Shown here: piece by piece, positions 59,743 through 64,000 of the stretch
Position numbering within the stretch: the stretch's first letter is position 1
Layout of the letters: each line of letters begins with the position of its first letter
Origin: Ramazzottius varieornatus
Lineage: Eukaryota > Animalia > Tardigrada
Direction of reading: 5' to 3'
Assembly: GCA_001949185.1 (NCBI GenBank)
Contig: BDGG01000021.1
Coordinates: 86,817 to 150,816, forward strand
DNA length: 64,000 nt
The notes under the pieces: model-generated
What the model was told of the DNA's origin: nothing
The model's database searches: none
What the model saw: only the letters and a program-made list of their open reading frames with translations
Translations under genes and position numbers: made by a program

Positions 59743-62700
59743 CTAATTTCTTTTAGACTGTTTCACCAGCGCGTTCCGGAAGGACATCTGCAAGCACACG
59801 TTGGATGAAATAAACTGCTCATGAAACTTAAGAACGGGTTTCCGTTTTTACCTGTTTGTCGCGGAACGAACGCTTCTGTTTTCCGCGGACTTTCTGTCGG
59901 ATCATCATGAAGTTCTTCTTGCGGGACTTTTGCTTGTTGGTGGTACTGGCGTGCGGGTTCAGCTTGGGTTTCGGCCGGCCATACTCTCCACGATCTTCAC
60001 GCGCCACCTTGGCACCGGCCATCTTATCAGCCTTTGTTTCTTTCAGCCTCTTCGTCAGTCTTTCAATATCCGACAAGGATACAAACTCCCTACCAGACGA
60101 AACACAAGTCACGACCTCTGCAAACAAACTGAAAAAAATTTCCCAAGCGGCACACTATCACAGCCTACAATACTGCAAACGTGCGCTACTTCGTAAATCA
60201 ACAAGTTCGACCTGATGATTTTTTCACGTGGCGCAGTCTTTTAGCCATAAACACAAAAAGCACGCGCCACTGTCAAAAACAACCTTGTCGAGCTGTCCAA
60301 ATGACGCACGCTATCAGCTAATAACACTGAAAAACTGCGCCACTTGGAAATACAGTCCGGACGCTCGACATGTGCACAACATTTTCCGAATTCTAAACAC
60401 GAAAATCATTCAAAGTTAGCGGTACTGCTCACCGTGCCCACACAGATGGAAATGTGCAACTTAATTACTGTACTTGATTATCCCAGTCAGCGCACGGTGT
60501 AATGAATGTGTGGCGTAATTTCAGACCTTAGCTTGGCACGGTGTTTGGTGAAAATTTAGCAGGCCTTAAACTAAAACCGAAAACCTGTGTACACATTTCG
60601 AGCGACCGGACTGTATAATCTTTGCGAGTTCGTTTGCCGAATTCCTAATTATTATAGTGACTTCAGAAAGAAGAAACAGACAGAAGTGTACGTACGTTGG
60701 TTCTTTACCGTCCAAACCAGCGAAGGTCGCTGAGCGCTTCTTGCCTCTTGATGGCGCCAGAATGTCGGCCAGCTTCTGTTTTTTGATAGTCTCGAACTCT
60801 TTCTGGCTGAGGAAACGCGTCGACGAGATCAAGACGGCTCGTTCGTTCTTGGCGGCTTCGCTCAGTTCCTCCACTTCCGGGTTGATGACTGCGGCCGAGG
60901 GCTCCTCGAAATCCGATTGGACGTCCACCCATTCGCCGTCTTCATCGTCCTCCTCCTCGTTGGAATCGGATTCCCAACCGTCCGCACCTTCTTCCTCCAC
61001 ATCTACGGACCCCAAAACGACCAATAATTAGTATTTTACAATTTCTATACATCTGAAGATCACAAAAGAGTTTTCGTTCTTGCCTTTTTCATCCAGGGGG
61101 AGAAGTTCTGCTCCTTCCACTGCGTTTACTGTTCGATCTTCCCCAAACTCGGCCCTCTTCAAACTCTGCGTCGCCACATTGGGCCTTCCCTAAAAAAGAT
61201 ACCGTGTCAGGTCTGTATCGACTTGACGGTCATTATGCGAATTTCGCCGATTATCATTGGCCTTTTTCATTTTGTTTTATTCTATTTTCGGCTCAGTCAA
61301 CATGAGGACACTTTGTTGTCGATTTAACTGTTTCGGATGCTTACGCGATCTCGTCGTTTGAGTAAGGACGGATCGACGTGTCTGTAGAGCTGGACCAAGG
61401 ACCTTGCAGCCGACATGACGTTCTTGTTGCGATACTTGCGGTACTGCGCCAGATCGTGCAGCAAGTCTGACGTCATGGCGAACGGACACCGCGCACAAAT
61501 TTCTCGAATGGAATTCAGTCTACAAAAAGGACTCACCATCTTGTACCGTTCCAGAAAGTCAAGAAGTAGCTACTACTAGATATGAGGATACGACTGTTGT
61601 TCTTACCCGACTGTAATGACTTCCGTTGAGTTTCGATCGGTCACAAAGTTATCAGCCACCGTTTTGACGACGGATTGAACAACATCGGGCGGAATCATCT
61701 CGTGCGAAGACTGTGCCACATACATGAGAATCTTTGTGATTTCTGTGGAAAGACAAAGTTACAAACTGCTGCCCAAAGTTCCCAAACAACGGTCTAACAT
61801 AATTAATTATAAGACTGTCTGCCTCTGTATTAATATGGTATGTTATGTCATGTGATGTCAAAACGGTAGGTAAGGATGTCTTCACTAATACTATGCCATG
61901 TCGTTTCAAAACAGTAGCCAGTACGTACGTACAGTAAGTAAACGCAGGACGAGATATTTGTACAGTAAAAATTATGGGACAGGCGGAAAGGACGGCAAGA
62001 TGGAAATTCGACCGTAGAAAAGTGTTGAAAAATGTATTAGTCTGAAATGTGAATCGGTCGCGTACGTACGTGCTCCCGCACTGTTGTAGCGAAAAGGCCT
62101 GTCCCATAAAATTTACTGTACCATAATTTCTCGTCCTGCGTGTACCGTAAATTTGTTAATATGTCATTATAAATTTGTTAATATGTCATTATTGTCATCA
62201 CTAGTCACTTGTTGCATGTACCCTGTAAAAACCAAAGGTTTGGAAGAGAAAGAACGGGACGTTTCTATGTCTATCTCTTCCTCGATTACCTCGCTGATGT
62301 GGCTGCATAAACTTCTGGAAGTAGGGGTAATAGTTCAAGACCACCAGTTTATGGAGACCGATCAAGCGCGAGATGAAGTCCATGAGGAGGAGCTTCGTGT
62401 CGAAATTGAGTGTTTCGCTCGATGCTGCACTGGCCTTATCCTTCTTCCCCTCATGTTCATCTTTCGGGTTCAGAACGCGGTACAACCGCTCGGCAAACTC
62501 TGGAATGAGCTACTAACGTTAGCAAATCTGTCGAAAAGAGGGGAAAGGGAGGAGATGTTACCTTGAGGATCGTACAGTAAATGCAGAGCCGAAAAATCAA
62601 AGACTTCCTTCTTCTCCTTCTTGGCATTCTTCTTGATCTGACGCATGCCTCGTTCCAACCGCTTCTGGCGCTTACTCGTCTTCTTCCCCACACGATGTGT

Positions 62701-63746
62701 CGTGATCAGTTCCTTTGCTGTCTTCATTTCAGACTGTTAAGATATATAAAGACGTGTCAAACCTTTCACTCAAACAAAACGAAATCAAACAGAAATTTCT
62801 TTACATCTGAATCCGCGTTATCCTCGTCCTGTTTCGAGTCATTCGTGCTGGTGAAGAACCTCAGCGACAGATTCAACAGTTTGGCCATGCCCAAGAAGCA
62901 ACCTTCGCCGATGATGTTGACCACTTTCTGCTCCTTCCACACTCCCTTCTTGTACAGATGGATGGCCGACTCCAACGCCACAACGGATACCACCGAGTGC
63001 TTCAGCTTGATCTGATCCAAAAACAGCTTCTGGATTCTCTACAAGGACAAAGCCACCTGTCAGAACAGGCCCAGGAGGTGAAACAGAGGTTCGACTAACC
63101 GAGTTGACTTTCTGGTCTCTATGCTTGGCGTTGATGGCTTTGACGACAGAGACGATTTGGGTGGACAACAGTTCGCGCAGGTGTTTGTCACCGATCTTTA
63201 ACAGCTCGAAGAACAAGGGAAGGAGCTTCTCGACGTCAATGACATCTCGCTTGTGGAGCAACATCAAGCCCTTACACAGCGCTTGACGTGTGCCCCAGCT
63301 CAAGTCTTGACATTTCGTGCGGAGGAATGTAAAGAGTCGATCGGCAAAGTCTTGCGATTTCTTGGGATAACAGAAGGAAACATGCGCCAGGAACATGATC
63401 AAACTGTCAAAATGGCTGTGGTCTTCATTGGGATTATTGCCGAAGATCTGGACGAAGGAGTCGAACTGAGATAGTTGTTGCGCAAACTGGCAAAGACAAA
63501 ACCTTCATCGGCGCACCTTCATCATTCGCTTGTAATAATCAACTGCGTCCTTTGACCCAAATAAGTACCCAGCCGACCTAGGCGACGCACTCGGACGCAT
63601 GTCGAGCACGAAAGACTGCGCCACTCCATTCGGCAGACACATTCACTTATGCTTACCTCGGCTTCGTAAGTGATGGGATCCCTTTTGATCAGATTCTGCA
63701 ATTGTGGAAGGTTCCCGATGAAGCGTTTATCCGCCCGTGAAGCCAT
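59743..63746 (-). CDS. SDAD1: SDA1 homolog (60S biogenesis), multi-exon
   Basis: [74 protein letters not shown]. Confidence 0.93.
60353..60613. mobile_element. Tc1/mariner-type MITE, family copy 2 (SDA1 intron)
   Basis: TA-CAGTCCGG.CGCTCGA..TCGAGCGACCGGACTG-TA; homologous to 6747-7002. Confidence 0.8.
61940..62142. mobile_element. MITE with nested double TIRs (SDA1 intron)
   Basis: Outer ACGCAGGACGAGA / TCTCGTCCTGCGT; inner TACAGTAAAAATTATGGGACAGG / CCTGTCCCATAAAATTTACTGTA. Confidence 0.75.
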
Positions 63747-64000
63747 CCTTTCCGTCGTTGTTCACCGGAAGCAGGGAGAAGGAAAGATGGACGCGAAAAA
63801 GAAACGAGAGCGGTACGGGAGAACCACGAAAGTGATTTTCGGTATTCTCCACTCTCCAGAATCCAGATAACGAAATATCCGTAGTGAGTAGTACCCGGCC
63901 CAGCCAGTCTTTCTATCCATCTGCGGGTTTATACGTAGAGTAACAGTTAGCCTTCTACGATGCCCACGGGGATCGTTTACCGAGCGATAGTGCGAGTTGA

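Noticed and set aside
1-64000. tRNA/rRNA genes and known tardigrade tolerance genes (CAHS, SAHS, MAHS, Dsup)
   Set aside because: No recognisable signatures seen by eye; a covariance-model scan was not possible.

Overview
Eukaryotic (animal) DNA from a compact genome with short GT-AG introns; the style suggests a small invertebrate such as a tardigrade, but this is inference only. Recognisable genes are a FAM227-like gene, ADI1, ACP6, an SLC45 sugar transporter, CCDC12, MRPL14, TIM9 and SDA1, plus three chromatin-type genes (chromo+SAM, BEN, PHD+SAM). Transposon debris is abundant: hAT, Tc1/mariner, CR1-like LINE, PIF/Harbinger, an RLE-LINE fragment and many MITEs, several with verifiable TIRs and TSDs. 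Two regions stand out. (1) A 7 kb cluster of secreted precursors at 8.9-15.7 kb: a neuropeptide-like precursor, a Spaetzle-like cystine-knot protein, and two convergent paralogues that share a CAGREA-initiated Gly-rich domain reminiscent of polyproline-II-bundle antifreeze proteins. (2) A secreted, probably membrane-anchored, tandem GH130-like glycosidase of microbial type, with introns at identical positions in both domains, directly upstream of the SLC45 transporter. There is one 50-N assembly gap near 31.4 kb.
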